A DNA stretch of 64,000 nucleotides from an uncultured Ruminococcus sp. (GTDB lineage Bacteria > Bacillota > Clostridia > Oscillospirales > Acutalibacteraceae), in contig CADBZY010000007.1 of the NCBI GenBank assembly GCA_902799245.1, positions 22,367-86,366 on the forward strand, read 5' to 3'. The notes under the pieces are model-generated. The model worked only from the letters and a program-made list of their open reading frames with translations, was not told the origin of the DNA and did no database searches. Positions 31,310 to 42,273 of this stretch are shown piece after piece (the first letter of the stretch is position 1; every line of letters begins with the position of its first letter). A program made the translations under genes and the position numbers.

Positions 31310-32692
31310 ATGCCATCAGAAGTATTGATTACCCTTGCGGTCATCGCACTGCTTATTTTCAGCATGTTTGCCGTTGTGCTGTCAAGATACCGCAAATGTC
31401 CGTCGGATAAGATCATGGTCATTTACGGTAAGGTGGGCAACGACAAAAACGGCGAGAGTATGTCGTCCAAGTGTATACACGGCGGCGCGGCATTCGTGTG
31501 GCCGGTCATTCAGGACTATCAGTACCTTGATCTGACCCCGATTTCCATCAACGTCGACCTCACTAACGCACTTTCGCGTCAGAATATCCGTATTGACGTT
31601 CCTTCAAGATTTACGGTAGGTATTTCTACCGAACCCGGCATCATGCAGAACGCCGCCGAGCGTCTGCTGGGTCTTCGTCTGAGCGAGATCCAGGAGCTTG
31701 CCAAGGACATCATCTTCGGTCAGCTTCGTCTGGTCATCGCCACTATGGAGATCGAGGAAATCAACACCGACCGCGATAAATTCCTGGAAGCAGTCAGCCA
31801 CAACGTCGAGAGCGAACTTAAGAAAATAGGCTTGCGTCTTATCAACGTCAATGTCACCGACATTACCGACGAATCCGGCTACATTGAGGCTCTGGGTAAG
31901 GAAGCTGCCGCCCGTGCCATCAATGACGCCAAGATCAGCGTGGCACAGAAGAACCGCGACGGTTCGATCGGTCAGGCCAACGCACAGAAGGACGAAAGAA
32001 TCAACGTTTCCAGCGCCAACGCATCGGCTATCAACGGTGAAAACGAAGCCAAGGCCGCTATCGCACAGTCCGACGCTACCCGCCGCGAACGCGAAGCGGA
32101 AGCCGCCAGACGCGCCATGGCTGCTGAAAATGTCGCAAAGGCAAAAGCGCTGGAGGAATCCTACATCGCCGAGAAGCAGGCCGAAGAGTCCCGTGCAGCC
32201 AGAGAGCTTGCGACGCAGAAGGCTGACATCATCGTCAAAGCGGAAATCGAGAAGCAGAGAATCGAGATAGAAGCCGAAGCGGAGGCGGAGATGATCCGCC
32301 GCAAGGCAAAGGGTGAAGCCGACGCCATCTATGCCAAGATGGAAGCGCAGGCAAGAGGTATGCAGGAGATACTCACCAAGCAGGCAGCCGGTTTCGCGCA
32401 GATCGTCGCAGCGGCAGGCGGAAACTCAGAGGACGCTGTACAGCTCATTCTGGCCGACAAGATGGAAAATCTGGTCAAGACACAGGTGGAAGCCGTCAAG
32501 GATATCAAGATCGACAAGGTAACAGTATGGGACAGCGGCAGCAAGGAAGGCGGCAAGACCTCGACAGCCAATTTCATCAGCGGTCTCATGCAGTCGGTTC
32601 CTCCTCTCAGCGAGACCTTCAAAATGGCAGGAATGAAGGTGCCAAAGATGCTCGGCACAGAGATTCCCGACGATGCATCCGACAACAAATAA
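31310..32692 (+). CDS. flotillin / SPFH-domain protein (FloT-like)
   Basis: N-terminal transmembrane helix, SPFH domain and an EA-rich coiled-coil region. Confidence 0.85.
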   Translation: MPSEVLITLAVIALLIFSMFAVVLSRYRKCPSDKIMVIYGKVGNDKNGESMSSKCIHGGAAFVWPVIQDYQYLDLTPISINVDLTNALSRQNIRIDVPSRFTVGISTEPGIMQNAAERLLGLRLSEIQELAKDIIFGQLRLVIATMEIEEINTDRDKFLEAVSHNVESELKKIGLRLINVNVTDITDESGYIEALGKEAAARAINDAKISVAQKNRDGSIGQANAQKDERINVSSANASAINGENEAKAAIAQSDATRREREAEAARRAMAAENVAKAKALEESYIAEKQAEESRAARELATQKADIIVKAEIEKQRIEIEAEAEAEMIRRKAKGEADAIYAKMEAQARGMQEILTKQAAGFAQIVAAAGGNSEDAVQLILADKMENLVKTQVEAVKDIKIDKVTVWDSGSKEGGKTSTANFISGLMQSVPPLSETFKMAGMKVPKMLGTEIPDDASDNK

Positions 32693-32916
32693 GTAAATCA
32701 ACCCGTTTGAATCTGTAAAACAAATCACCCGTCCGGTTTTCAACACTTTTATCAGAGAATGTTGAAAAATCGGTCGGGTGATTTCAATTATTAATAAACA
32801 AATAATATTTTCTGATGACATTGAAATGATGTTGATATTCTGATATACTTTATATAAGTGATTGTTTGATTGTAATGTGAAGTAAAAACAAGGATTTTTG
32901 TCAAGGGGAGTGTATT

Positions 32917-35037
32917 ATGAAAAAATTCATTGTGGGGAAGAAGTATTTTATCGGTCTGATCCTCCTGATGGCGACAATCGTTTTGATTCTTTTTGTTTCA
33001 TGCTCACAAAAAGGGAATGAAAATAAAGAAAAAACAGCCGTGCCGGAATCGGAAAAGATATTTCTTATCACCGATGATACACCAAATTGCAGTATGATTA
33101 TTTCCAATGAGATCTTCAAGTATATCAACGAAAAGGACGATTACTCCTATATATTGGATTTGATGAACGATTATTTCAATGTCGTGATCAACGATGAAAT
33201 TGAGCCGAATGTAGTTTATATTAAGGCCGTCAGTGAAAAAATAGACGCAGAGGTCAGACTCGCGCAGGTGTATGAGCCGTCCAATAAGGCTACCCTTCTG
33301 ATTCAGATCGCGGAGGCAGGAAAATCGGCGTTTAATGAGCAGAATTTTGATAATACAGACGACAAGAATAATGCAAGCACGATACAGGAAGATTCCGGCA
33401 ACCAATTGATAAACGATGTCACATCAAGCCTGAAAAAAATAGCGGACAAGGGTTCTGTACACAGTGTTGAGGCCATTAAGGAGGAGTTCAAGGAAAAAAC
33501 AAAACAGATTTATCATACGTCCGATACAATTATGAACAGCAGGAATGTGGAATCTCTCAAGTACAATGATTATTATATAGATATTGATAATGATAACGGT
33601 ATATCCATTGTATGCGGTTCAAAGGAGACAGTCATTACAGCACTGGATTATTTTCTTACCGAATATATTTCTATGGGAACATCTGAGGAGGGAGATTATT
33701 CCATCAACGTTCCAGATTCAAAAATTCATGTAGGTCATTACTTAAGTGATAATATCGGCGATACATCTGTGAGCAATTACAGTATTGCATATTACTGCGA
33801 TGCTACTTACTATGACAGCCGAGATAACGCAAAATATCTTAAAGAGTATTTTTTGAAAAATTTCGGCGCTGATTTGCCGATAAAAGAGACAGATTTTTCT
33901 GATGAAGAATCCAACAGATTAATGAAAAATAAAATAGTGATAGGCAGGTCAACACTTGCGCCCTGTGAACAATATTACAGTGAAGCCAGAGATATAATGG
34001 ATTACAAAATTGTGCAGCAGGAAAAAGACCTTTATATTTTAGGAGGTTCGGATTTAGCCATCAAATATGCCATCGATTATCTGATTGATGAGTTTTTTGC
34101 CAAGGAAAGACCTATTCCGTTATTCTATATAAAGGAAGGAAATTGTTACGGAGAGAGTATTTTTCCGAAGTACGAAGATGCAAGCATCAGAATCATGTCC
34201 AATAACGTGTGGTATAACAAGCTTGGCAACACATGGCAATCTTTAGGCTTGGATGCGTCCAATCAGACCAGATACAGACAAATGGCAAAGGTGTTTGTGG
34301 CATATTCGCCCGACGTGGTTGCGTTTCAGGAACTTTATCCCAGTACAAACTGCTCCGATTTCATGCTCAAAGAAATCAACAAAGGAGGCAGGAACTATCA
34401 GTATGTTGACGGAGCCAGGGAGTTTTATGTCATCAGAAATCACACTCCCATCATTTATAATTGTGATACCCTTGACCTTCTGGATTCGGGATCCCATGTA
34501 TTTGATTATGCCTCCAACAGCAGCGGCTCCAATATCGGCACCAAATCATACACATGGGGTTATTTCAAGGAAAAAGCAACCGGATACAAATTTATCGTTT
34601 TTTCCACACATTTGTGGTGGATGAAAGAGTCGGCCAAAGAGGGAAGCACACAGTGGCGTATCGATCAGATGACGGAAATCTGCAAGAAAGCAAATGAGCT
34701 GATAAAGAAGCATTCCTGCTCTTGCTTTGTTCTGGGGGATTTTAACTGCAAGACATCCGCACAGGAATTCTCGACCATGAATAAGTTCAAGTTTTCGGAT
34801 TGTCATGAAATTGCCACCGAATATGCAAGCAATTCCAGCGGAAGATATATCTGCAATAATACATCCTTCAGCTACAAGCCGAATGCCGGCACATATAAAA
34901 AGAACGGAATCGATCATATTCTGGTGAAAAATCTTAAAAAATCCAGAGTTTTATCCTATAATTACGCATTGCATAACTTTTACGGTAAGTTATCCGATCA
35001 CGCTCCTGTTTATATTGATGTCCGGACACGCAAATAA
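32917..35037 (+). CDS. large secreted/lipoprotein with a C-terminal endonuclease/exonuclease/phosphatase (EEP) domain
   Basis: Signal peptide with a Cys. C-terminal motifs VVAFQELYP, GDFNC and SDHAPV typical of the EEP family. Confidence 0.65.
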   Translation: MKKFIVGKKYFIGLILLMATIVLILFVSCSQKGNENKEKTAVPESEKIFLITDDTPNCSMIISNEIFKYINEKDDYSYILDLMNDYFNVVINDEIEPNVVYIKAVSEKIDAEVRLAQVYEPSNKATLLIQIAEAGKSAFNEQNFDNTDDKNNASTIQEDSGNQLINDVTSSLKKIADKGSVHSVEAIKEEFKEKTKQIYHTSDTIMNSRNVESLKYNDYYIDIDNDNGISIVCGSKETVITALDYFLTEYISMGTSEEGDYSINVPDSKIHVGHYLSDNIGDTSVSNYSIAYYCDATYYDSRDNAKYLKEYFLKNFGADLPIKETDFSDEESNRLMKNKIVIGRSTLAPCEQYYSEARDIMDYKIVQQEKDLYILGGSDLAIKYAIDYLIDEFFAKERPIPLFYIKEGNCYGESIFPKYEDASIRIMSNNVWYNKLGNTWQSLGLDASNQTRYRQMAKVFVAYSPDVVAFQELYPSTNCSDFMLKEINKGGRNYQYVDGAREFYVIRNHTPIIYNCDTLDLLDSGSHVFDYASNSSGSNIGTKSYTWGYFKEKATGYKFIVFSTHLWWMKESAKEGSTQWRIDQMTEICKKANELIKKHSCSCFVLGDFNCKTSAQEFSTMNKFKFSDCHEIATEYASNSSGRYICNNTSFSYKPNAGTYKKNGIDHILVKNLKKSRVLSYNYALHNFYGKLSDHAPVYIDVRTRK

Positions 35038-35044
35038 ATAATGT

Positions 35045-35074
35045 GTTGACAAAACATTATTGGTGAGGTATAAT
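35045..35074 (+). promoter_or_regulatory. sigma-A promoter for guaB
   Basis: TTGACA, 17-bp spacer, TATAAT. Confidence 0.5.
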
Positions 35075-35138
35075 CTTTTAAATAGTACTTTTTCGGACAA
35101 GCACTCCCGCAGCGCGCCGGAACGCCTGTCCGCGGTGA

Positions 35139-36644
<1,506 letters not shown>

Positions 36645-36801
36645 TTTTCCATTGAATTGACTGATTGATTTCAAAAATATTCCGATATGTAATTTTTATA
36701 TAATTTATTACAATTAAGTTTTTTCGCGTTACATACCCGAAAACCATCCCTGGCCTTTGCGCATTCGTGCTGCATCGGTTGGGGATTTTTTTCTTTTGGT
36801 G

Positions 36802-36822
36802 AGGTTGAAGGTTGAAGGTTCA
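36802..36822 (+). repeat. tandem heptamers AGGTTGA-AGGTTGA-AGGTTCA downstream of guaB
   Basis: Same unit as after gyrA. Confidence 0.7.
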
Positions 36823-37007
36823 AAAGAATGAGTTGAAAACTGTGTTGAAAATGTTGAAAAATACTGTTTCTTTGGGTACATTCATTGGTAAAGAATGGGA
36901 ATGAAGCGCAGAATGAACAATTTACTTTAAAATAGAATGGATTTTTACAGTAACGCTATTGACAATAAACAGTACATGATGTAAAATAATGACAGTACAA
37001 ATTAATA

Positions 37008-37110
37008 TGACCCGCAGGGGTGCCGCAAGATATTTGGCTGAGACAGCGCATTGATGCGCTGAACCCTTATACCTGATACGGATAATGCCGTCGTAGGAAG
37101 TTATTTCAAG
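37008..37110 (+). promoter_or_regulatory. TPP (THI-box) riboswitch
   Basis: GGGGUGCC, GGCUGAGA, AACCC and ACCUGAUACGGAUAAUGCCGUCGUAGGAAG match the TPP aptamer consensus. Confidence 0.88.
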
Positions 37111-37164
37111 TGTGTTTTGTATTGTGCCTTGAACCGCATCGCTCAATTGTCACTTTTCGAATCA

Positions 37165-37214
37165 AACACTTCCACGGCTAATGACTGAAATATAGCCGGC
37201 GGGAGTGTTTTTTT
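37165..37214 (+). terminator. riboswitch expression-platform terminator
   Basis: Hairpin ACACTTCCACGGCT...AGCCGGCGGGAGTGT followed by T7. Confidence 0.65.
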
Positions 37215-37250
37215 GTTCTGAAAAACTTTTATTTAGGAGGTTGTTTTATC

Positions 37251-37931
37251 ATGAAGGTAAACAACAAAACATTCAAGCTGGTTTTCAGCGCGTTGATGGT
37301 GGCACTCTCCGTAGTGCTGAGCTTCTTCAAGATCGAATTCCTTTACGGAGGCTCCATCACAATTTTCAGCATGGTGCCGCTGGTGCTGGTCGCACAGATG
37401 TACGGCGTTCCGTGGGGCATCCTCACCGGTGTGGTCTACGGACTGATCCAGATGGTCATGGGATTTAAGAATTTCAGCTATGTGACTGGCGTTGAGGCCT
37501 ATGCGATGGTGGCCGCGCTGGACTACATCGTCGCTTTCGGTGTCATCGGCTTTGCAGGTGTCACACGCAAGATCAAGAACCGCGCCGTTGCCGCTTCTCT
37601 CGGCGCTGTGATTGCCTGTATTCTTCGCTTTTTGTGCCACTTTGCTTCCGGCGTTGTCGTGTGGGCAAAGGGAATGGAAATCTGGGACGAGGCGCCCTCT
37701 TTCATCAGCGAGCGTTTGCTTGAAAAAGACATGGTGCCGTACACCTATTCGCTTATGTACAACGGCGGCTATATGTTCCCCGAACTGATTCTCACCACAT
37801 TGGGCAGCGCTATCCTCTGCACGATCATCTTTGAGGCATTCAAGATCGATGTCAACGCAACCTCGACCAAGAAGCTCAAGGCAACTGCCGACGCAAACCT
37901 TTCCGATGAGAGCGCAAAGACAGAGGAATAA
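37251..37931 (+). CDS. thiT: thiamine ECF-transporter S component ThiT/YuaJ-like
   Basis: Multi-transmembrane protein (FKIEFLYGGSITIFSMVPL) directly downstream of the TPP riboswitch; AGGAGG ribosome-binding site. Confidence 0.65.
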   Translation: MKVNNKTFKLVFSALMVALSVVLSFFKIEFLYGGSITIFSMVPLVLVAQMYGVPWGILTGVVYGLIQMVMGFKNFSYVTGVEAYAMVAALDYIVAFGVIGFAGVTRKIKNRAVAASLGAVIACILRFLCHFASGVVVWAKGMEIWDEAPSFISERLLEKDMVPYTYSLMYNGGYMFPELILTTLGSAILCTIIFEAFKIDVNATSTKKLKATADANLSDESAKTEE

Positions 37932-37993
37932 ACGATAAACAAAGGCCGAAACTTGATCAGTTTCACATCATCCATGTAACCTCTGAAAAAACA

Positions 37994-38036
37994 AATCACC
38001 GTTTTCCTGTCCCATGCAGAAAAGCGGTGATTTTTA
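37994..38036 (+). terminator. rho-independent terminator after thiT
   Basis: AATCACCGTTTTC...GAAAAGCGGTGATT followed by TTTT. Confidence 0.6.
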
Positions 38037-38138
38037 TATTTTAAAATGGTTAAAAAAGTGGATTTATTGAGAAATATATGTTATAATTAACATGAGGAAA
38101 CGTTTGCATTTTTATGAGCGTTCAGGGGAGGAAGTCAG

Positions 38139-38714
38139 TTGAAATACTTAGGGGAATTCTTATCGTATATTCTTGTCGCTGTATTCGCTCAGAATATTCT
38201 GCTCGGCAGGGCCATAGGAATGAACGACGTGATAACGGCGATGAAATACAGACGGTCACTGCCAAAACTGCTTCTTCTGGTAGGCTGCTGGTCTACAGCG
38301 GGTATTATGCTGATGTGGCTGCTGTCACGGTTTGTCAAGGATATGGACGGCTATGCGCTGATCGCGCTCATGCATTCGCTGATCTGCGCCGCGCTGTATT
38401 TTCAGACCGACAGGGTGCTTGCCCGTGTCAAACCGGAGGCGCATGATCAATGGAACGGTATTCTGCCCCATGCGTTGATTAATTCCATTGTTGTCGGCGC
38501 TCCGCTCTCGGCTCTTTCCGCCGGAATACCGAACTGGTATTCCGCATTAGGATGCGGCATAGGTGCCACACTGGGACTCGGACTGGGAATCGTCATCATC
38601 AAGAATGGCATAGCCATACTTGATCGTCCCGATATACCAAAGCCTTTTCGCGGTGTGCCGATTATGCTGATTTACATAGGAATTCTCTCTCTCGGATTCT
38701 GCGCATTTTTATAA
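38139..38714 (+). CDS. polytopic membrane protein with weak Rnf/Nqr-subunit-like features, hypothetical
   Basis: TTG start with a GGAGG ribosome-binding site; six transmembrane helices. Confidence 0.4.
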   Translation: MKYLGEFLSYILVAVFAQNILLGRAIGMNDVITAMKYRRSLPKLLLLVGCWSTAGIMLMWLLSRFVKDMDGYALIALMHSLICAALYFQTDRVLARVKPEAHDQWNGILPHALINSIVVGAPLSALSAGIPNWYSALGCGIGATLGLGLGIVIIKNGIAILDRPDIPKPFRGVPIMLIYIGILSLGFCAFL

Positions 38715-38794
38715 AATGTTATATTATTTATATATATAACAAACTGGAATATTTATCAATAAAAATACTCAATCAAAAAGGATGGCCAAACAAT

Positions 38795-39769
38795 ATGCAG
38801 TGGATCGAAACCAATATTTACACGACGACAGAGGGCATTGAACCCTTATGCGGCAGACTGTACGCGGTAGGACTTAACGGAGTGCAGATCAAGGACGCCG
38901 CCGACTTTAACGACTTCATTGAAAATGAGACGCAATACTGGGACTATATCGACGAATCACTCGAATCGCTGAAAACCTGCGAAACCTGCGTGACGGTCTA
39001 TCTTACGGATGACGCCGACGGAAGGGAACTGCTGTCCCACATCCGCGGAACCGTGGCGGAGCTGAAAGCCCTCGATAACGACGGAAAATTCGGCAGACTG
39101 GAAATTGAACTGAGCGGAATCAACGAAGAAGATTGGGCGAACAATTGGAAAAAATATTACAAACCGTTTAATTTAGGAAAAAAATTACTAATTAAACCGG
39201 AATGGGAACAGCTGGATGACAGTGAGACAAAGGACAAAGTGGTGCTCAGCATGAATCCGGGTCACCTGTTCGGAACAGGCACCCATCACTCGACCCAGCT
39301 TTGCATGATGGAACTGGAAAAGTATGTGAGCAAAGGAGACAGAGTACTTGATTTAGGCTGCGGCAGCGGAATTCTTTCGATATTGTCGCTGCTTCTGGGA
39401 GCTGAGAGCGCGGTTGCGGTAGACATTGACCCGGCGGCTCCGGCTACCGCGATGGAGAATCTGGCCATGAACGGCATATCTCCGGAACGGTACAGCGTAT
39501 TGGTTGGCAATGTGATAGATGACGTTGCTCTGAGGGAAAAAATAGGCGGGGATTATGACGTTGTTGTCGCAAACATAGTGGCGGATGTTATCATAGCAAT
39601 GAGCCGCACGGCATATTCGCAGACCCGGAAGGGCGGAATATTCATCACTTCGGGCATTATCGGGCCGCGCGGCGATGAAGTCAGTGCTGCGATTACCGAG
39701 GCAGGCTTTGAGATAACCGACACGCATACACAAAGCGACTGGGTGTGCATTACGGCTAAGAAAAACTGA
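38795..39769 (+). CDS. prmA: ribosomal protein L11 methyltransferase
   Basis: SAM motif VLDLGCGSGILS and a PrmA N-terminal domain. Confidence 0.85.
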   Translation: MQWIETNIYTTTEGIEPLCGRLYAVGLNGVQIKDAADFNDFIENETQYWDYIDESLESLKTCETCVTVYLTDDADGRELLSHIRGTVAELKALDNDGKFGRLEIELSGINEEDWANNWKKYYKPFNLGKKLLIKPEWEQLDDSETKDKVVLSMNPGHLFGTGTHHSTQLCMMELEKYVSKGDRVLDLGCGSGILSILSLLLGAESAVAVDIDPAAPATAMENLAMNGISPERYSVLVGNVIDDVALREKIGGDYDVVVANIVADVIIAMSRTAYSQTRKGGIFITSGIIGPRGDEVSAAITEAGFEITDTHTQSDWVCITAKKN

Positions 39770-39885
39770 CCAAAATGACGAATTTATTTGTTTTTTGGGT
39801 GTTAGCCGCGCTTGACATTTGGTGAGTGTCACAAAATCCCCGATATTCGGTATAATATCTATGACAGATATATAGGGGGATTTAT

Positions 39886-40143
39886 ATGTTTATCAACAAA
39901 TCGTTCGACGGTAAAAACAACGTATGCGGTAAAAATGTTGCCGTCATGCGCAAAAAGCTCAATATTTCTCAGCGTGAGCTTGCCGAGCGTATGCAGCTGA
40001 TGGGCTACGATCTTGACAAAAACGCCATACAGCGAATTGAATCAGGGCAGCGTTTTGTCACCGATATTGAGGTGCAGGCGCTTGCAAAGGTATTTGACGT
40101 TGAGTTGCCGACTCTATTTGATGAAAATCTGAGTGATGATTGA
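39886..40143 (+). CDS. XRE-family helix-turn-helix transcriptional regulator
   Basis: Helix-turn-helix LNISQRELAERMQLMGYDLDKNAIQRIESGQR. TATAAT at 39851; GGGGGA ribosome-binding site. Confidence 0.7.
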   Translation: MFINKSFDGKNNVCGKNVAVMRKKLNISQRELAERMQLMGYDLDKNAIQRIESGQRFVTDIEVQALAKVFDVELPTLFDENLSDD

Positions 40144-40214
40144 GAGCGTTGTCACGCAAGCCAATCCTATCAAGCCGATGATGACCTTAAGAAAACGCAA
40201 GGGACATTCCAAAG

Positions 40215-40272
40215 AATAAAAAAATAAAAAAGCCGCGCTGTCAGCAATTTAAAGGTTGACAGTGCGGCTTTG
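40215..40272. terminator. bidirectional terminator
   Basis: AGCCGCGCTGTCA...TGACAGTGCGGCT with a flanking A-run and T-run. Confidence 0.65.
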
Positions 40273-40326
40273 TGATTATATAATTGTAATGCTAAGTGTT
40301 TTGAAACGAAATCCGTTTTTTCTTAT

Positions 40327-41106
40327 TTAATAGTATAGATTTTCTGTAATCCAGCTTCTTGCCTGGGCAAGAACTTTCTTGTCGTTGTTGAAACGGAATG
40401 TCTTGACGGCAAGGCTGTAATCCGCCCAGATAAAGCGTTCAATCTCTGATTTCTGGATGACAATGTTCTCACCGGGCATCTCGGCGACAAAGAATATGAC
40501 CTGTTTTGTGATTCTGCCCTTCGGGTGGTATTCGCTGATTGTGCGGAATCCGTCGAGCGGCTGGATGTTGAGTCCGGTTTCTTCGCGTACCTCGCGCACG
40601 GCGGTCTGCCGCTCGTTCTCATGAACCTCCATATGTCCCTTCGGGAATCCCCAGTTGTTCCCCTTGCGGTTTTTGATGAGCAGGTACTCGACATTTCCGC
40701 TGTGTCGGCGGAAAATGACCGCGCCGCAGGATTTTTCATACAGGCAGGTAATGCGGCCGGGTGCAAAATCTTTGCGACCGGCAAGCACTTCCCTTATCAG
40801 CGGCTCATAGATGATGTTATCTTCTTCGGCACAAATGTAATAGATTCTTCCTTCCAGCTCAGTAACCGCCATCACACGGACTCTGACAAGTGACTGGTCG
40901 TTATCAAGCGGCTTGTCCGGGCTGAAAACCAATATATTGTGCAGTACAATATTATGCTGCGTCATACTTTGCTGCACACTGCCGCTGTCAAATGAAACGC
41001 CGGAATGTACGGTGTAGCTTCTGCCGTTGTAGCTGCCCTTGTGGAATATATCATGGCTTATCTGCACATTAATCGTATTGCCAAGCAAAAAATACCCTCC
41101 TATCAT
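40327..41106 (-). CDS. NUDIX hydrolase (Ap4A hydrolase-like) with an unknown N-terminal domain
   Basis: Nudix box GFPKGHMEVHENERQTAVREVREETGL. No clear ribosome-binding site at the annotated start. Confidence 0.65.
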   Translation of the reverse strand: MIGGYFLLGNTINVQISHDIFHKGSYNGRSYTVHSGVSFDSGSVQQSMTQHNIVLHNILVFSPDKPLDNDQSLVRVRVMAVTELEGRIYYICAEEDNIIYEPLIREVLAGRKDFAPGRITCLYEKSCGAVIFRRHSGNVEYLLIKNRKGNNWGFPKGHMEVHENERQTAVREVREETGLNIQPLDGFRTISEYHPKGRITKQVIFFVAEMPGENIVIQKSEIERFIWADYSLAVKTFRFNNDKKVLAQARSWITENLYY

Positions 41107-41337
41107 TTATATTTCGCACTATAAATACTATTTTACTACATTCGGCGAAAATTACAATATGCGAATGATAGAATTTTCATTATTTTAAATATTCAAATTC
41201 ATATTTAAAGAACTTCACAACATAGGGTATTTTATTTAATGCTTTTTCACATATTTTGTATTGCGCGGGTGAACCGCTTTCATACAGCTATTCGTATCAT
41301 ATATTAAAAAATTCATTCAAACAACGGAGGAAAAAAA

Positions 41338-42195
41338 ATGCTTCATGTTTCTTTTGGCGCGCTTGTCTCACTGGTCATCATCATGCTGATATGCTTTGTG
41401 CTGCCGTTTCTGCTTTTTTACTTTCTGTACCGATTTGCAGACGGCAGGGTAAAGACTTTTTTGATAGGTGCCGCCGCCTACTTAGTGTGTGGAATTATAG
41501 CCGATACGACGATATCCGCGCTGCTTGAGCAGTTGGGTAAAATCAATGGGAGCGGAGGATTGTATCTGCTTTATGCGGTGGTGCTTTCTCCGGCCTGTTT
41601 TATTCTGCTGAATTACGTGATAATCAAGCGATTTGGCGCAGACAATATGAAGACAACGGGCGATTCTTTGATGTATTCGGTGGGATATTCGACCGCGCTG
41701 AATCTGCTGTCCACAGGATTTGTCGCAGTCATGTATTTTATCACACTGCTTGATATAAAAGACCGCTCCGGCAGCTTTCAGGTCGTAAGCGACGCCGATT
41801 TCGTCAGCGCGTCAAACGCTGTCAGCGCAAGTAATCTGGTCAATGAGTCGGTTTATCATGACATGGTAAAGCTCTGCAGTGAGCCGATCAGTTATTATAT
41901 CGTGTTCATTATCAACTGCCTGTGGTCTATTGCCGTTTTTGCGGCGATCATGCCTGTGATCTGGCTGGCTGTCAAAAAGCAGAGCAAGCCGATTATCTTA
42001 GTTTTTGCCGTTATCATCAGACTGTTTATCACGCTGCCGGATTTGCTGAACCGTTTTCATGCTGTCAAGAATCAATGGGTTTTGCAGCTGATCATGTTGG
42101 CGATACTTGTCATCGTATGGGTGGCAGCGATCTACTGCCGTCGGCTGTTTATCGACACGGAGGACGCTGTCTGGGAGGATAAAAAGAAAAAGTAA
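41338..42195 (+). CDS. polytopic membrane protein (YhfC-like intramembrane protease family?), hypothetical
   Basis: ACGGAGG ribosome-binding site; 7-8 transmembrane helices. Confidence 0.45.
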   Translation: MLHVSFGALVSLVIIMLICFVLPFLLFYFLYRFADGRVKTFLIGAAAYLVCGIIADTTISALLEQLGKINGSGGLYLLYAVVLSPACFILLNYVIIKRFGADNMKTTGDSLMYSVGYSTALNLLSTGFVAVMYFITLLDIKDRSGSFQVVSDADFVSASNAVSASNLVNESVYHDMVKLCSEPISYYIVFIINCLWSIAVFAAIMPVIWLAVKKQSKPIILVFAVIIRLFITLPDLLNRFHAVKNQWVLQLIMLAILVIVWVAAIYCRRLFIDTEDAVWEDKKKK

Positions 42196-42273
42196 TCACA
42201 GAAGTCAGAGTAATATCCGTCAATAAAATGTCAGCCAATCAACTGACGACAGGAGAGGAGGAATGCCTTTACC